A stretch of 63,007 nucleotides of DNA, filler included, from Octopus bimaculoides (Eukaryota): assembly GCF_001194135.2 (NCBI RefSeq). It is 3 parts of 3 records of this genome, joined end to end, with 100 filler letters (N's around TTAATTAATTAA, not from the genome) between each part and the next. Parts side by side here need not be neighbours in the genome. Positions count along the whole stretch, not along the records: positions 1 to 31,808 come from NC_068985.1; 2 more parts are not named here. One strand, 5' to 3'. This document shows, piece after piece, positions 1 to 12,665 of the stretch. The stretch's first letter is position 1, and every line of letters begins with the position of its first letter. The notes below the pieces were generated by a model. It was not told the origin of the DNA. It worked only from the letters and a program-made list of their open reading frames with translations, and did no database searches. The position numbers and the translations under genes are program-made.

Positions 1-1170
1 TATATATATACTTAAGACTTAGTTGTGATCTTCTGACACAGAGGATCGGGAGCCCTTTTAGGCATTCTATTTTACTTGCTGGAAGGGTTTCCAACCCATG
101 GGCAAAGGGTGGTTAGATGATAGGGTGGTGTTTTCAAAGGGCTGGCATGTGTAACTTGATCACCTCTGCCGATCAAACTCCCAACCCATGCGCTCCTGGC
201 GCGACAAGATTCTGCAGAACTGGGTTGAGTGTGAAAACCAACTTTAAAGTATAAATATAGATGTTTTTGAATCAGCAATATTGTGTTCGGTTAAGTCCTA
301 TTTGGGGTGAAAAATCAATTAACTGATTCCTTATGGGGTTTTCCATTTAATCAGGATAAAAATTAAAAATCGATAAACCGTTTCCTTATAGGATTTCCCA
401 ATAAAATTGGCTACACTCCATTTTCAACCATAACTTTTACTAATTTTGATGTATTTTGTTCAAACTTGATGCCAGCATTACTTAGGACTCATGGGATCTT
501 TGGATGCTTTAAGTTCTCCAAAACGNNNNNNNNNNNNNNNNNNNNNNNNNNNNNNNNNNNNNNNNNNNNNNNNNNNNNNNNNNNNNNNNNNNNNNNNNNN
601 NNNNNNNNNNNNNNNNNNNNNNNNNNNNNNNNNNNNNNNNNNNNNNNNNNNNNNNNNNNNNNNNNNNNNNNNNNNNNNNNNNNNNNNNNNNNNNNNNNNN
701 NNNNNNNNNNNNNNNNNNNNNNNNNNNNNNNNNNNNNNNNNNNNNNNNNNNNNNNNNNNNNNNNNNNNNNNNNNNNNNNNNNNNNNNNNNNNNNNNNNNN
801 NNNNNNNNNNNNNNNNNNNNNNNNNNNNNNNNNNNNNNNNNNNNNNNNNNNNNNNNNNNNNNNNNNNNNNNNNNNNNNNNNNNNNNNNNNNNNNNNNNNN
901 NNNNNNNNNNNNNNNNNNNNNNNNNNNNNNNNNNNNNNNNNNNNNNNNNNNNNNNNNNNNNNNNNNNNNNNNNNNNNNNNNNNNNNNNNNNNNNNNNNNN
1001 NNNNNNNNNNNNNNNNNNNNNNNNNNNNNNNNNNNNNNNNNNNNNNNNNNNNNATCTCTTAGATACCCTATATTATAATTTTTAATAATTGTTACCTTTG
1101 ATGGTTTTTATTCCCATGCTGGCCACTTGATAAAATCAATATTTTAAATATCGATCTTATCCTTATTTAT

Positions 1171-1207
<37 letters not shown>

Positions 1208-1246
1208 TACATACGTACATATATGCGTGTATGTTTTGATTTAACG

Positions 1247-1410
1247 ATGAATTTGAATTGGCCCCAAGTTGTTTCTTCTCCCACAAAAAGTATCAACGTG
1301 TTGGATTTCCAATTCGCCGTTACTCCCGAATCAATCCCTGTCAAGAAACGTCTAGGTGACTCTGACCACGCTATAATCATTGCTAATGTGTCTCCACTGG
1401 GCAGAGAGGA
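1247..1410 (+). pseudogene. Fragment of a non-LTR retrotransposon AP endonuclease (CR1/L2/Jockey group), C-terminal part
   Basis: The translation WPQVVSSPTKSINVLDFQFAVTPESIPVKKRLGDSDHAII matches the APE C-terminal pattern PT(R)..N.LD....LG.SDH. It is an isolated fragment after a (TATG)n microsatellite. Confidence 0.65.
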
Positions 1411-1779
1411 AAAGCTACTGCTAAGTCCATACTGTTCGTTTCAACTGCAATAAAACCGAGTGAAAAGTTTATTGCACCGAATTACACTGCACGAACTGAG
1501 AGATTGATCATATATCAGTGGGGTATCAGTTGTATATCAATAGAGGATCAGTTATCCATATCAGCTATCTATTGAAAAACGATCAACTTTACATGGATGG
1601 GATACAAATCACTCATTAATAGGGGATGTCCTTTAAAAAATCCATCTATCTACGAATAAAAGATCACCTATTAATTTCACAGACATTATAGGCAAAAAAT
1701 AAGCTTTTTAACTGCAACTAAATATCGAAACTGTGGCAGGTAGAGTCTATCGAGAACTCACCTCTTCCTCTGTAATGTT

Positions 1780-1921
1780 CCTCTTTTCCCCTGAAACGTC
1801 AGCCTCTTACCCTGTAACGATTATCTCTCACCTTGTAACGTACATTTTTACTGTAAAATGTTCACCTCTTACCTGCAATTCGCTATGCAAACGCACGCGG
1901 TCACAAAGAAAAGCACTAACG

Positions 1922-1967
<46 letters not shown>

Positions 1968-2470
1968 NNNNNNNNNNNNNNNNNNNNNNNNNNNNNNNNN
2001 NNNNNNNNNNNNNNNNNNNNNNNNNNNNNNNNNNNNNNNNNNNNNNNNNNNNNNNNNNNNNNNNNNNNNNNNNNNNNNNNNNNNNNNNNNNNNNNNNNNN
2101 NNNNNNNNNNNNNNNNNNNNNNNNNNNNNNNNNNNNNNNNNNNNNNNNNNNNNNNNNNNNNNNNNNNNNNNNNNNNNNNNNNNNNNNNNNNNNNNNNNNN
2201 NNNNNNTATATATATATATACATACATATATATATACATGTATATATATGTATAGTTGAAATTTATAGAAAAACTGAAAACGAAGACAGGTGTATTAGTC
2301 TGATGCTCGGGAAAAATGGAAAAGTCTTTTATGTTTCAAGCCTACGCTCTTCAACAGAAAGGAATAAGAGAAAATAAACATTTTATCCCGTAACGCTCAC
2401 CTTTTACCCCGTAACGTTTACCTATTACTCAGTAACGTTCACGTTTCCCCCTGTAACGTTTACCCTTCTC
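1780..2470 (+). repeat. Degenerate ~20-bp minisatellite (CC[C/T]GTAACGTTCACCT[C/T]TTA-like) in two blocks, ~1780-1872 and ~2387-2470, plus a repeat terminus at 1873-1923
   Basis: GTAACG-core units recur on both sides of the (TA)n/gap. 1873-1923 matches the reverse complement of 7340-7390 at 49/51. Confidence 0.6.
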
Positions 2471-4492
2471 CTATCACAAATTTAACCTAACCATTTACTT
2501 TCATGGGCCTTCTACCCAAAGTTTTAGCAATTATGTCATAGGAGACTATAATAACATGCAAATCTTCTATACCATTTAGGGAGCTTAAACCTAAGATAAA
2601 CGAGAGTTATATTCAAAAACAACTCTATAACAACTTAAACAGGAAATGCGAAAATCGAATGAACGCACGAATAGAGAACACTAATATTATGTTGGTAGTA
2701 GAGGTTGTGGTGATGGTGGTGGTGGTGATGATGATGATAGTAGTGATGATGGTGATATGAGTGTGGTAGTCGTAAATTGCTGATGTTGATAATGACATTT
2801 AAATCATTTTCAATTAAATGATTGGTTGAGAAATATGAAATGGCTGGTCAAACATCTAGCTATTGCCACAGCTTTTAAATATTTCTATTTATCCAATTCA
2901 GGATAATTAAATTTGGTCAGCAACGTTCACGCCTAAACGGGTCTTTGATTAAATATCAATCATTTGTCATTTACTTTCAAAATGTTTGTTTATTTGGCCA
3001 CTAAATAGTAATTTGATTCAATTGTTCAGTGTGACAGCGCAATAGTCGTTAACTTGTGATTTGGAAAGCAGACGTGATGTTTTGTCGACGGATTAACAAT
3101 ACCATTGAATTTATAATTACCTTAAATATGTCTAATGGTATCGTGGTGTGAAAGAAAAATTCTCTATATTCAGATTTTGTGATTCAGTTTCGGTTTCCCG
3201 TTGTAAGTTATTTCATATAGTTTACGTTGTTAATAAAACGGAGAAATAATTATGGCCTCGTTTCAATCCTGTTTTTTTCTTTTTGTTTCTCTTTGTATAA
3301 GATTGCTTTGTCGTCCATAGTTATAATTATATAACTATATCATGAATTTCAATGATTTGTGGATTAGTGTAATACTATAAAATATTGTGCTGATTTATAG
3401 ACTCAGGAGCTCAGAAATTTAGTTGCTACAACAATAAAAGCTTGGATTTAAACGTAAAAATATCTATAGAAGAGTATTATATTACTCCATGTAGGCTTGT
3501 TACATATTGCACTCTCATCCTTTAAAAGAAATGAGATATATATATGTTGGGCAGATAAGGATGTATCCAATTCGTGGGAGCGTAAATCTCAAACAATATT
3601 TCTTAGTTCAATGTTCCTTAACCAATGTAAATATAACAATTCAACGAATTCTTGTATTTTCTTCAGAAATTGAGACTGAATAGCCATAGGTTAAAGACAG
3701 CCATACCAACATACTCCGAATATCACCTCTTACAGACACAGCTTTCAATAAATATTCAACTCTCCTTAAATGTATTGAGTACTTTCTCTTGACTAATTTA
3801 CAGTCATACCAGTGTAGTGCCATTAAGAAAAAATTCTCAAAGTTAACCAAAAGGATCGGTTTCCTGTTTGAGAAGCACGAGAACTTACAGGTCGTATGAT
3901 GCACAGAGGAATTCTTTGCTGTAGAAACTCTTGGAAAGAGATCAACATGAATATTGTGGATAACATAACCGATTCATAAGATGAAGTGAACACCTAAGCT
4001 ATGAATAGTGTTTGTTAAATAATATGGCCATACTGTAGCTGTGACCTTATTGGTTTTCCCGCAGCAGAAAGCCTACATAATGTCCAGCAAGATATTGTGA
4101 CACTGATAAATAATGTAAGGTTTGTAGAAGTCATAGAAAGTTATGTGGTTGAGTCGCTAGAGACTCACAGAGAAATGATGCCTAACGAGAAGTTGGTAGC
4201 CTTTTTAGTAGTGGTGGGTAAAAGCTAAAAAAGTAGGTGGGGAGAGGAGTTTCAGAAAATTCACACGAGTCAGCTTCGTTTCCTAGTAACTTTCAGAAGA
4301 ATGAGTAGTTTTTAATGAAATTATCTACACATACCTTTTAGAGTGTGTATATTGGAATTTAAAGTGAAAAAAATGGTGGGCTTGTACACATACATACTGA
4401 AACATATATCTACAATGTGAAATTTGAAATTTCGGAAAAAAAAATGTGATGTCTGTTCGTATGTATGTGTATGTAGTCACCATTTTTCTTTT

Positions 4493-5130
4493 CAGAGAAT
4501 AATCACAGGAGATGAGACCTGGCTTCATCAATTTGAGCCAGAATCCCAAAGGTAGAGCATGGAGTGGAAACACCTGGAATCGCTAAAAAAATCCAAGACT
4601 CAATTTTCCGCAGATAAAGTGATGTTAATTGTTTTTTTGGGGGGATGAGAAAGGGCCTATACTGGAACATTACCTGAAAAAGGGGTTTATAGTCACCTGT
4701 GTAGGTTACTGTGAAATGCTGGTCAACAAACTGAAATCTGTAATTCGCACCAGACGCCGAGGTCTATTGTCAGAGCTCGTGTTATTATTGCACGACAATG
4801 TACGCCAACATACGGCCGCCTGCGGCGTTGAAACTATCGAAAAATCGGGTTTCGAACTGTTGGAACATCCTGTATACAATCCCGATATCACCCTTCCAGC
4901 TATCACCTCTTTAGAGCGTTCAAACATCCTTTGCGAGGTTGCATAAATGGCTGTACGGCCAGACGAAAACCTTCGTCTCCGATGGAATAAACAAGTTTGT
5001 GTACCGCTGGAAGAAGTGTACCGAAAAGCAAGGAGACTTTGTCGAAAAATGATGTAATTGTTCAGCCCATGCTTTTGTTTTAGTAAATTACAGAAACAAG
5101 AGAGCCTATAACATTTACTAACTTTCAATT
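4493..5130 (+). mobile_element. Decayed mariner (DD34D-type) transposase, 3' half
   Basis: The motifs RIITGDETWLHQFEPESQR*SMEWKH, KVMLIVF, LLHDNVRQH and ELLEHPVYNPD..(S)YHLF are the mariner catalytic motifs. An in-frame stop and frameshifts are present. Confidence 0.9.
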
Positions 5131-5418
5131 ATATATANNNNNNNNNNNNNNNNNNNNNNNNNNNNNNNNNNNNNNNNNNNNNNNNNNNNNNNNNNNNNNN
5201 NNNNNNNNNNNNNNNNNNNNNNNNNNNNNNNNNNNNNNNNNNNNNNNNNNNNNNNNNNNNNNNNNNNNNNNNNNNNNNNNNNNNNNNNNNNNNNNNNNNN
5301 NNNNNNNNNNNNNNNNNNNNNNNNNNNNNNNNNNNNNNNNNNNNNNNNNNNNNNNNNNNNNNNNNNNNNNNNNNNNNNNNNNNNNNNNNNNNNNNNNNNN
5401 NNNNNNNNNNNNNNNNNN

Positions 5419-5473
<55 letters not shown>

Positions 5474-5479
5474 TATCTA

Positions 5480-6739
5480 GGGTGCGTAAGGTATTTGAGG
5501 ACATACCTTTTTTGGGTCATTTCTGCATTTTTTACTAATTCTGTATAATCGTTGTTTCAGAAGATAACAATGGCAAACCCTCAGCTTACTCAAGAAATGA
5601 AGAGGCACGCTGTTATTGTGGTTATAAAGGCTGAGCATAACGATTTAGAAATATCTCGATTTTTAAAAGTTGCGAGATCTTTCGTCTACTAAGTTTGTAA
5701 GGAGCTAAAGACTGAAGATGGAAACGTATCACCAGTCTCGAAGTATAAAAAGCATTCTAAATGCTCTGAAATGATCAGAACGCCTGAATTTACCCAAGTT
5801 CAACAGACTGTTGGACTGTTGATTAAAGGAGACTGAATAGCTGTAGGTTAAAGACAGCCATACCAACATACTCCGAACATCACCTCTTACAGACACAGCT
5901 TTCAATAAATATTCCATGAGGTCAATTGCAAAGATCTCCATGTGTCACGAAGACATCAGATATAAGTCTTATATGGCAAGGAAAGGTCAGTTTGTCAGAA
6001 AAAGCCAATCAGATCTAAAAGGCTCTTAAACAAGCTGAAAAATCCAGCAGAAGAAGATTTGATTTGGTTTTTCTCAAACGAGAAAAACTTCGACCAAAAT
6101 CAGAAAGTTAACAGAAGAAATGACAGATGGTTACGTGCGACTCTTCTGAAGTTCCAAGTGTTATGCATACAAAATTTCCTGCTACTGTCATGGTTTTAGG
6201 GGTTATCAGCAACGAAGGACATGTGATTCCCCCTTACTTCTATCCACAAGACCTTGAGGTTTGGGAAATAATTGTTAAGCCCTGGATAGTCATTATATGC
6301 AATGGAAGGTCATATGTGTTTCAGTAAGACTGCACTATAACACATGGCTCTAGTAGCACAGGAATGGATGGCTGAAAATTTTCATGATCACATAATCCCT
6401 AACATTTGACCGCCTAATTCCCCAGATCTCAATGAACTATTACATGTGGAGAGTTGTTGAGAGAGAGGTCAATGAACATGCCCATAGCACCAAAAATTCT
6501 TTGAAAGCTACCATAGTCAGAGTAATGAACCAGGACCACTTAATTCGAGCATGTAGATAATTTAGATCTCTTATAGAAGCAGTTGTTGAAGCTGAAGGTG
6601 GCTTTATTGAAAACATAGAAAAGAAGGTTTATTTTTTATCCTCATAGCATTTTTTGATAAATAAAGTTATTGTCTGTTATTATATAGCTGTTTTTTTTTC
6701 ATAAACATGAATCTGTCCTCGAATATCTTACGCACCCTG
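5480..6739 (+). mobile_element. Tc1/mariner-superfamily element, maT/DD37D-like, near full length but inactivated
   Basis: 26-bp TIRs: (T)AGGGTGCGTAAGGTATTTGAGGACA at 5480-5506 and TGTCCTCGAATATCTTACGCACCCTG at 6714-6739, followed by TA. The ATG at ~5570 gives MANPQLTQEMKRHAVIV. Motifs WFFSNEKNFDQ, HTKFPATVMVLGVIS, YVFQ*D and PPNSPDLN are present, with ~37 residues between the 2nd and 3rd catalytic positions after repairing a small deletion. Confidence 0.9.
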
Positions 6740-6750
6740 TATATATAGAT

Positions 6751-7143
6751 GCAGGCGTGGCTGTGTGGTAAGGAGCTTGCTTCCCAACCACATGGTTCCG
6801 AGTTCAGTTCCACTGCGTGGCGCCTTGGGCAAGTGTCTTATACTATAGTCTCGGGCTGATCAAAGCCTTGCGAGTGGATTTGATAGACGGAAACTAAAAG
6901 AAGCCCGTCGTATGTATTTATATATCTACGTGTGTGTACCTTTGTGTCTGTAGTTGTCCTCCCATCAACGCTTGACAACCGGTGCTGGTGTGTTTATGTC
7001 CCCGTAACTTAGCGGTTCGGCTAAGGAGACCGATAGAGTAAGTACTAGGCTTTAAAAAATAAGTCCTGAGGTCGATTTGTTCGACTAAAACCCTTCAAGG
7101 CGGTGACTCAACACGGCCGCAGTAAAATAACTGAAACAAGTAA
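6751..7143 (+). mobile_element. tRNA-derived SINE (head at 6751-6912) joined to a second common SINE-associated segment (~6944-7143)
   Basis: A-box-like GTGGCTGTGTGGTAAG, B-box-like GAGTTCAGTTCC and a CORE-like CCTTGGGCAAGTG. The second segment recurs at 12480-12665, 25882-26075, 9765-9950(-) and 30855-31010(-). Confidence 0.85.
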
Positions 7144-7339
7144 TATATATAATTCTCTTTTTCATTTTTTAATTCTCTCTTAGTTTATTTTCTCTTATTC
7201 CTTTCTGTTGAAGAGCGTTGGCTTTAAATATAAAATATTTTTTCATTTTCCCGAGCATCAAACTAATACACTTGCTTGTTGTTCATACATCTGTCTTCGT
7301 CTTTTGTTTTTCTATAAATTTCAACTATATATATATATA

Positions 7340-8200
7340 AGCGTTAGTGCTTTTCTTTGTGACCGCGTGTGTTTGCATAGTGAATTGCAGCCCTTTATAG
7401 CATCAATTTACATTTGAATGATTGTTATGGAAATATTTTAGGTGTCGGTTTCCTATCAATAATGTTGGCAGCAGCCGACAGAAATAAAACAATATCAAAC
7501 ACTTATCTCCTGCTTCTATATGAAAAGATGAGATTGAAATGTGGAAACAAAACAGTTTGAGAGATTCAGTCCGTGCGAAACCCATCTCTGTTAAGACTAA
7601 ATTATAAACACGAACAATATCGGTGCTACTGAAGACATTAAGGAACGAGCATAAAGAATGTTGCGTTACCCTATTTTTTATGACACACGTACGCAAAAGC
7701 GATCTCCTAATTTTGTTTCCTCATAAATTTTGAAAAATGGGTATTTTTTATTGATGTTTTCTGCTAATACGCTTCAGACGGTGTAGACGGAACGTAATGT
7801 GATGCAAAAATTGGTGGGCGAATACACATACATACTGACAAACATCACATATGGAACACGTGACAACAAATTCTCTTTTTCATGATTGCAGCATGCACCT
7901 ACCATTTCTATTTTTCACATTACATTCCAATGTAATCTTAATCTACACCATCTGAAAGGTGTTTGTAGAAAACTTCATTAAAATATACCCATTTTTCTGA
8001 ACGTTATGAGAAAACAAAGCCAATTCGGGTAATTTTTCTGGAACTTTCCCTCAGAGAAATTTCCACAGCAAATTCTGATATAATCGGAATTTACACTGTC
8101 TGAAGCCTATTGGTGGAAAATTTCATTAAAAATACCCATTTTTTTTTCTGGAAGTTATGAGGGAACAGAATCGGACGGTGGTACAGGTATTCCGATTTTA
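7340..8200. repeat. Unclassified interspersed repeat starting at a (TA)n tract; right boundary approximate
   Basis: The terminal 51 bp are shared, inverted, with 1873-1923. There is an internal duplication AAAACTTCATTAAAATATACCCATTTTT (~7969-7996) / AAAATTTCATTAAAAATACCCATTTTT (~8117-8145). Confidence 0.4.
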
Positions 8201-9127
8201 TAACGACATAACTGCAGTAAAAGAAATAGTGTTATCCAAGAATCGGAACCAGGCCGCACTATTCCTTTCATCAAGAACTACATGATATCAAATTCAACAT
8301 ATTAGAGGCCTTTTAAAGGAAGAAGGCATATCAATACATGCATAAGCGAATTGAAATGGCTTCAACTAAGGATGAAAGCAATTTTACAGACTTAATTTGC
8401 CTGGAGCATATCTTATTTTAATCAATAATGACTGCCTAGTCATTAAACCTGGGGTTATAAGAAAATATAAATAGGAGTTTGTAACGTTCAATATCTACCT
8501 TTGTGCGTCATATCCCTGTCCATTAATATATTGGGGTCAAATAGTGAAAATGTACCTTGTTATCTCTTAACAAATAATACATGTAACACCAAAAAGAAAT
8601 CTTTAATTTGCCCACGGAAAAAAAAAAATCTTAGTTTCGAAAATAGATCTTTTCATTGAAAATTTAATGAATGCAATTTCTCTTTTGTGTTGATTTATTC
8701 TATTCTGGTAAGTATTCCTTATTATCGGAAGTGGGAGAAGTCTTTGAGTTCTATTTCTGTCTTGGATGTCCAGTCTTCGTGTGTTATTTGTGTAACATTA
8801 ACATGGCTTCGATACTGCATGAAAGAAAGACATGGTTGGCGATACACAAGATACGAATGAAGCTTTCAATTAGATTTATTTTTGCCTGAGATTTTAGTGA
8901 TAAACATTTTTGTTCATTCTTTTATCATGCTGTTTCAAAGGTTTCTTTAACCCCGCCATTTGCTAAAATAGAAAATGGTGCAAATAGTTAAGTGCATTGA
9001 GAGTCTAATAGACAGTTGTATTGAAAAGTAGATGTAAGTTATGTCATATAATTCCCTGATGATGATAATAGACAAGTATATGAGTCTAACCAAACGAAAT
9101 CAGAGACGTTAATTTCAAGTTATATTG

Positions 9128-9394
9128 GTTTCAAATTTTGGTACAAGGTTAGAAGTTTCTGGGAAGGTGATCAGTCGGTTATATCGACCCCAGAGCTTAA
9201 CAGGCAATTATTTTGGCGGCTGGGAACAAGTCGATTACATCGAATCTAGTGTTTCACTGGCAATTATTTTATCGACCCCGAAAGGATGAAAGGCAAAGTC
9301 TACCTCGACGAAATTTGAATCCAGAACGTAAAGACAGACGAAATGCCGCTAAGCATTTTACCCGGCGTACTAATGATTCTGCTAGCTCGCCGCC
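9128..9394 (-). mobile_element. SINE of the GCGGCGAGCTGGCAGAATCGTTAG family
   Basis: The reverse complement begins GGCGGCGAGCTAGCAGAATCATTAG...AAATGCTTAGCGG...TTCTGGATTCAAATT. Many copies occur in the window. Confidence 0.85.
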
Positions 9395-9764
9395 TTAACT
9401 TCAAGTTATATTAGCCGCATTGTAACTGTGACACATGGCCTAATGGTTAGAATATTGAACTCGCAACCAAAAGGTTGTGGGTTCGCTTCACAAACTGGTG
9501 GGTGAGGGCGCTCTATTTTATATTGCTCCTGTGTGTATTCAACTGAAAATAATTCCCAACGAAGCCAGGTGCAGCCCTCTCACCCCTCAGTAGAGCTTCT
9601 TGGTCAAACAATAGAGGAGAGCTAAGTGGGTAGGGTAAAAAAGTAGGAGAGCTGAGAGGCTATTCATATTTGTTCATTATCACACAGGCACCAAAAACAA
9701 TTAGTGAAAGCATGGTACATGTTACTATGTCATACTCAATTGCGAATAGGTCTTTCTTCTATTT

Positions 9765-9950
9765 GTTTCAGTCATTGAATTGCGGCAATGCAATTGAAGT
9801 GTATAGTCGAACAAATTGATACCAGTACTTAACTTTTTTAAAAGTCTGGTACCTATTATATCGGTCTCTTTTGCTGAATCGCTAAGTTACGGTGATGTAA
9901 ACAAACCAACACCGGTTGTCAAGCAGTGTGGTAGGAACAAACAGAAACAT
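9765..9950 (-). mobile_element. SINE-associated repeat, same family as 6944-7143
   Basis: GTTTCAGTCATTG...GGTCTCTTTTGCTGAATCGCTAAGTTACGG...CACCGGTTGTCAAGC is the reverse complement of the family consensus seen at 6944-7143. Confidence 0.8.
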
Positions 9951-10189
9951 ACACGTACATGCATATATATCTATATGCATATATGTAACATCATCTAGGT
10001 AATGACCTTATAGAGTGCTTTACAAAACTTCCCCATGCTTATCGGCCATCATATGCTATCATACAGCAGGAATTCTCCTTTTACTAGATATGAATGTAAA
10101 AATATGTCAATACCCCCAGAATTCATATAAAAAATTACAATACAAGAAGATTTCATCTACCAAATCCAATCACTAGGCTTTAAACGGCG

Positions 10190-10290
10190 CGACATTATAG
10201 CGGAAGACCCCAGTCCAAGGTCCCACGCAGTTGGACTGAACCCGGGAACATGTGGTTGGGAAGCAAATTTTTAACCACACTGTCCCGTTT
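10190..10290 (-). mobile_element. Partial tRNA-derived SINE head, same family as 6751
   Basis: CCAAGGTCCCACGCAGTTGGACTGAACCCGGGAACATGTGGTTGGGAAGCAAATTTTTAACCACAC is the reverse complement of the 6751-6830 head. Confidence 0.75.
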
Positions 10291-10849
10291 GTGCTTAACA
10301 ACACCTACGCTATGCTTTTACAATACAATCTGAATTGGAGAATTTCTATTTTTGAAGCTATCTATCAGAGTATCTTTTAGATAGTAGTCGCCACTATCTA
10401 AATATTTTGTTGATTTTCGTAATGATTTCATACACCGGTGCTACTGACTTATAATTTATTCTGAATAAAATTTATATAATCCAGTTTACATGCAGTATTA
10501 CACATTCCTTGATTGGATCTTTGAAATTCAAATCCTTTCTGTATTCCTACTCAAAGCCAGATGTGACACCGTCACATTGATTGATTAGTTGAACATTCAT
10601 AGTCGGAAGATCGATAATTTGTCCAATCTGTCCTAGTGATTAATATATTAAAGCAAGCTCACAGTAACAGCAATATCCAAGGTAACAGAACGCAAAGATA
10701 AACAGATCACTGCATCAATAAAACAAGAACTAAATTGAGTGTCGATGACAGATAGTCAGTGGTAGGCAATATGATTCGTGACTATTGTTATTTATTTTTG
10801 TCTTTTAGTCTGGAGGGAGGGCAGTGCCCATGACTATTTACAGGTTTTC

Positions 10850-10910
10850 TGAGAGTGGTTTGAAGGAAGGAAGAAGGTATTCCCAAACTGGAGACCTGGT
10901 ATCAATACTT
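10850..10910 (+). pseudogene. Tiny decayed R4/Dong-clade reverse transcriptase remnant
   Basis: With one frameshift it reads EWF-EGRKKVFPK-TGDL, resembling the R4-clade EWLTEGRTxLIPKTGDL motif that precedes NYRPITCL. Confidence 0.4.
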
Positions 10911-12479
10911 ACAAAAATGGACGCCACTAAATGTACCCAAGATGCTATCACCTGACATCTTAGATACGTTTAGTTTATAACCCAAGCAAGCTGTTGTCGA
11001 ATTAGAACTTAGAACACGAAGAACCGAAACAAATATCGAGAGCCATATGATTTGAAGCTTTTACAGTTCTGTCAGTCCACCATCTTTGAATGGTACTTTT
11101 TTTTATCGACACCCGAAAAAATAAAAGACAAACTTGAGCTTCGTAGGATTTGAACCTACTGGGCAGATAGTCGGAACAAATGCCCCCGGGCATTGGTACT
11201 ACCAATTCGCCGCTAAACTGCACAAGTTTATGTACCATAAACCTCCCATAACCACCTTATATCACTCCATACCACCCCAACCTTTCCTTACTATCCCATA
11301 CCTTTCCATACCATCATAATCAAAGCTGTTGATATGTCGTGAAGATAATTGTCTCAATGTTAGGTACAAAACCGGCAATTTCAAGACCTTCACAGTCCTT
11401 GCATCAGTATATATTGGATACAAAAGCACGACACTTTCTCGTTGGCTGACTATGCATTTACAGTAAGGAGACTTAACAACTTATAATACATATGAGATTT
11501 AGGTCTGTCACGAGCCATAGGACTCATAAGGCTTGAGCTTATATCGATTTCCTTAACGTGTAAGTTACTATGATTACATCCCGCCCATGAATAGGACGCT
11601 GATTCATCGCAAGGTTAACTTCTCAGAAATTGCTGGAACCCATTTTACAACTGAGTCGACTGGAGTAACGTGAAATGAAGTGTTTTGCTCAAGAATGTAA
11701 CGCCCCCGGTCTCGGAATTGAGCCAACGATCTCACGTTCGTGAGTGCTACACACTAACTACTAGCACATTATAATTCAATATACGAAATAAAATTGGCCA
11801 GAACAGAATTAATTGACATTAACATCTTCACAACCATCTCTTCCCCCAAACCCAAGAAGAATAAGCTTACAACTACCAACTACTGGAAGCTTACAACTAC
11901 CAAGATATAAGCCTAAATTAACACAGACACATCGTACATAAGATAAATTACAAATCTACCAGAACTACTTAGCGTTCTATAATTTTTAACTCTGGAGTCA
12001 AAGATTTTATCAGTTATAAGAATATTCCTTTAATCCTTAGCGACCTACAGCAAAGCCTGCGAACAAAAAGCCATTATTACCATCGTTTCATTCTGATAAT
12101 AATACTGTGGAGGTCATGAAAGGTTAATGGATAAATGGACTCAGAAACACCATTGTTTCAAACTAAGCATAAAGGACTAATCAGAAAATCTCACAAAATC
12201 CTTAATAAAAAAAGAGCAAACTAGAACAAAGCCTTAACTTTATGTTCCCTACTTATACACATACACACACAAGCACGTACATGCAACTGATCATTATAGT
12301 TAACTAAGTAATGTTTATATGTGATATATATATATGATATATATATCTATATAAATATGAACATATATATATATATATACATATATATGTGTATATATAT
12401 ATATATATATTATGTATATATATATATATATATGTGTATGTGTGTGTGTGTGTGTGTGTGCATATATCTATGTATATGT

Positions 12480-12665
12480 GTCTTTGTGTCTGCGTTTGCC
12501 CACCCCCATCACCGCTTGACAACCAGTGTTGGTGTGTTTATGGCCCCGTTACTTAGCAGTTCTGGAAAAGAGAACCGATAGAATAAGTACTAGATTTAAG
12601 AGATAAGTCCTGGGGCCGATTTGTTTGACTAGAACACTTCAAAGCGGTCATCCACCATGGCTCGG
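12480..12665 (+). mobile_element. SINE-associated repeat, same family as 6944-7143
   Basis: CCCCCATCACCGCTTGACAACCAGTGTTGGTGTGTTTATGGCCCCGTTACTTAGC...CCTGGGGCCGATTTG. Confidence 0.8.

Noticed and set aside
4480-4560. Strong splice acceptor just before the mariner catalytic domain, suggesting SETMAR-like domestication
   Set aside because: An in-frame stop within ~20 codons, later frameshifts and loss of the third Asp argue against it.
10809-10955. Good acceptor followed by a ~48-codon open frame (SGGRAVPMTIYRF...)
   Set aside because: No recognisable host protein, the donor is weak, and it overlaps an R4-like RT remnant.
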